NCBI RefSeq assembly: GCF_026571515.1
Contig: NW_026865168.1
Coordinates: 186,001 to 250,000 of the forward strand
Source of the DNA: Ruditapes philippinarum
Taxonomy: Eukaryota
Direction of reading: 5' to 3'
DNA: 64,000 bases
Shown: positions 62,516 through 64,000 of the stretch, one piece after another
Numbering within the stretch: the first letter of the stretch is position 1
How the letters are laid out: each line of letters opens with the position of its first letter
Notes under the pieces: model-generated
Seen by the model: the letters and a program-made list of their open reading frames with translations, nothing else
What the model was told of the DNA's origin: nothing
The model's database searches: none
Program-made: the position numbers and the translations under genes

Positions 62516-64000
62516 GTAACTGTGATTATTTCAAGTTATTAGTGCTTATTTCATTTGAAATTTACTTAAACTACATGTATAATGTTAAGATTATTTCTTC
62601 TTTTCAATGGATTTTATGTTACTGGGTAGCAGTCTATTTGTTTAATTTTGGCATTGAAATCATAACTCAAATGGACCAGCAAGAGCATTGTGATGTCATT
62701 ATATTTATATGTACATTGTACAATTGATTGTATTATTGTATTATTTGTGAACAAAACTTTATGATTTTACATAGAAATGAAGTAATCCTCACTGATAATA
62801 CTTATTAGATATGTTTGATTTATTTGTAAATATTGATAAATCTCCCATTGTCAGATAAAAAAAGAGATAAACCCCTTTCTTCACCTTACAGTATGTGTAT
62901 AGTAATAATTTTAAATTGTGTGCATGTTTTAAAGCTAAACTTGTACATGTATATGCCCATTAAACAGGGAAATTGTTAAGATCCAAACTTAGTAAAAGAT
63001 TAAAAAAAAAATTGTGTAGAATTATTATAAAGAATCTCACCAGTCCATGTGATACAGAACTAAAATTTTAGAGATGCATAAATTTGAAATTTATTAGCCT
63101 TTGCTAGCACTAACAGTACAATTGAGCCTGGTCAGACTGAAATTATTAGCCTTTTATGGCAAAGCTGTCAGATTGATTTGGAGATTAAGGCACAGCGGGA
63201 GCGCAATGCTTAAAGCGCCTGGAAAAAGGCCTGGTATAGAGTCTAGTCACTGTCAGGCTGCTGGGAAGTGAAATTGATGTCTTCGCCAGTAGTATAGAGC
63301 CTTGTTGAAACTATTATTTTCTAATTGCTTTAGGACATTTTTTTCAAACTATAAAAGTTTTTGTTGGTAATGTGATACATATTATAATGATAAAATCTGG
63401 AAGGTAAGTGTTCAAAATCAGTGTATGATCATTGAGATATAATGGTGTAATGGTCTAATAGATACAGATATGCTTGAGGTGTTGTGTGTGTTTTTTTACC
63501 ATTATAAAAATGCGATATTTGAGCAATTTTATTACATAATCATTACCCGAAATAAATTCATGTATTTAACATCTCAGTTTATAATGAAGACTATTTATTT
63601 ATTCACAAAGTCATTACTAATACTATCAAACCCAACTGGCAAGGATCACAATAAGCAACAGTGGCTGGCAAAGTCAAAATTTACAACTGTAAATTTACAA
63701 CTGAACATAATCATGATTTAATAAATGATGATTCATATGTTAAATAACAAAGATTCACCACTGTTTTTATGTGTTTCTATGTAATTTGAGTTCATTAAAG
63801 GGACTCCACTCAGAGGTTTTTGACATAATGGGACTGAAAATATTTTTTCAAGATAAATGTACCATTTGATGTAGGTTTTGATGCAAAATTTCAGATCATT
63901 CGCGCACTTCGTTTTTTTCAAATTGTAAAAGAAATGACCCAAAATAAAAAGCGTTTAAACACTTTTCACTCAAATCGGGCTAAGAAAAGCATAAAAATAC

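Noticed and set aside
63334-63403. Third exon of the gene starting at 60088
   Set aside because: Splice sites look plausible, but the only open frame gives no recognisable peptide and cannot be validated within the window.

Overview
AT-rich eukaryotic genomic DNA with GT-AG introns, microsatellites, SINEs, a LINE and many MITE-like repeats. The SINE types point to a bivalve mollusc, possibly a venerid clam (inference). No prokaryotic features or CRISPR arrays. Genes reconstructed by hand from splice sites and phase continuity: (1) a compact minus-strand gene (11668-12141) for a 157-aa single-pass membrane protein with both PSAP and PPxY motifs; (2) a 25-exon plus-strand gene (18103-38854, about 1207 aa) for a type I membrane VWDE-like protein (von Willebrand D + EGF); (3,4) two tandem minus-strand paralogs (43072-48755, 52703-57610) for ~230-aa Cys-rich, probably GPI-anchored proteins; (5) the probable first exons of another gene from 60088. 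The most unusual structure is a 2.08-kb foldback element (12637-14719) with CAC...GTG termini and an exact 5-bp target-site duplication. It is built from two inverted copies of one transposon end, carries a broken multi-C2H2 zinc-finger exon and splits a V-SINE. Also notable are tandem duplications of splice sites in the VWDE-like gene that create stop-containing alternative acceptors and donors, nested TIR elements, and three minisatellites beside or inside MITE-like ends. All coordinates were read by eye; no database searches were run.
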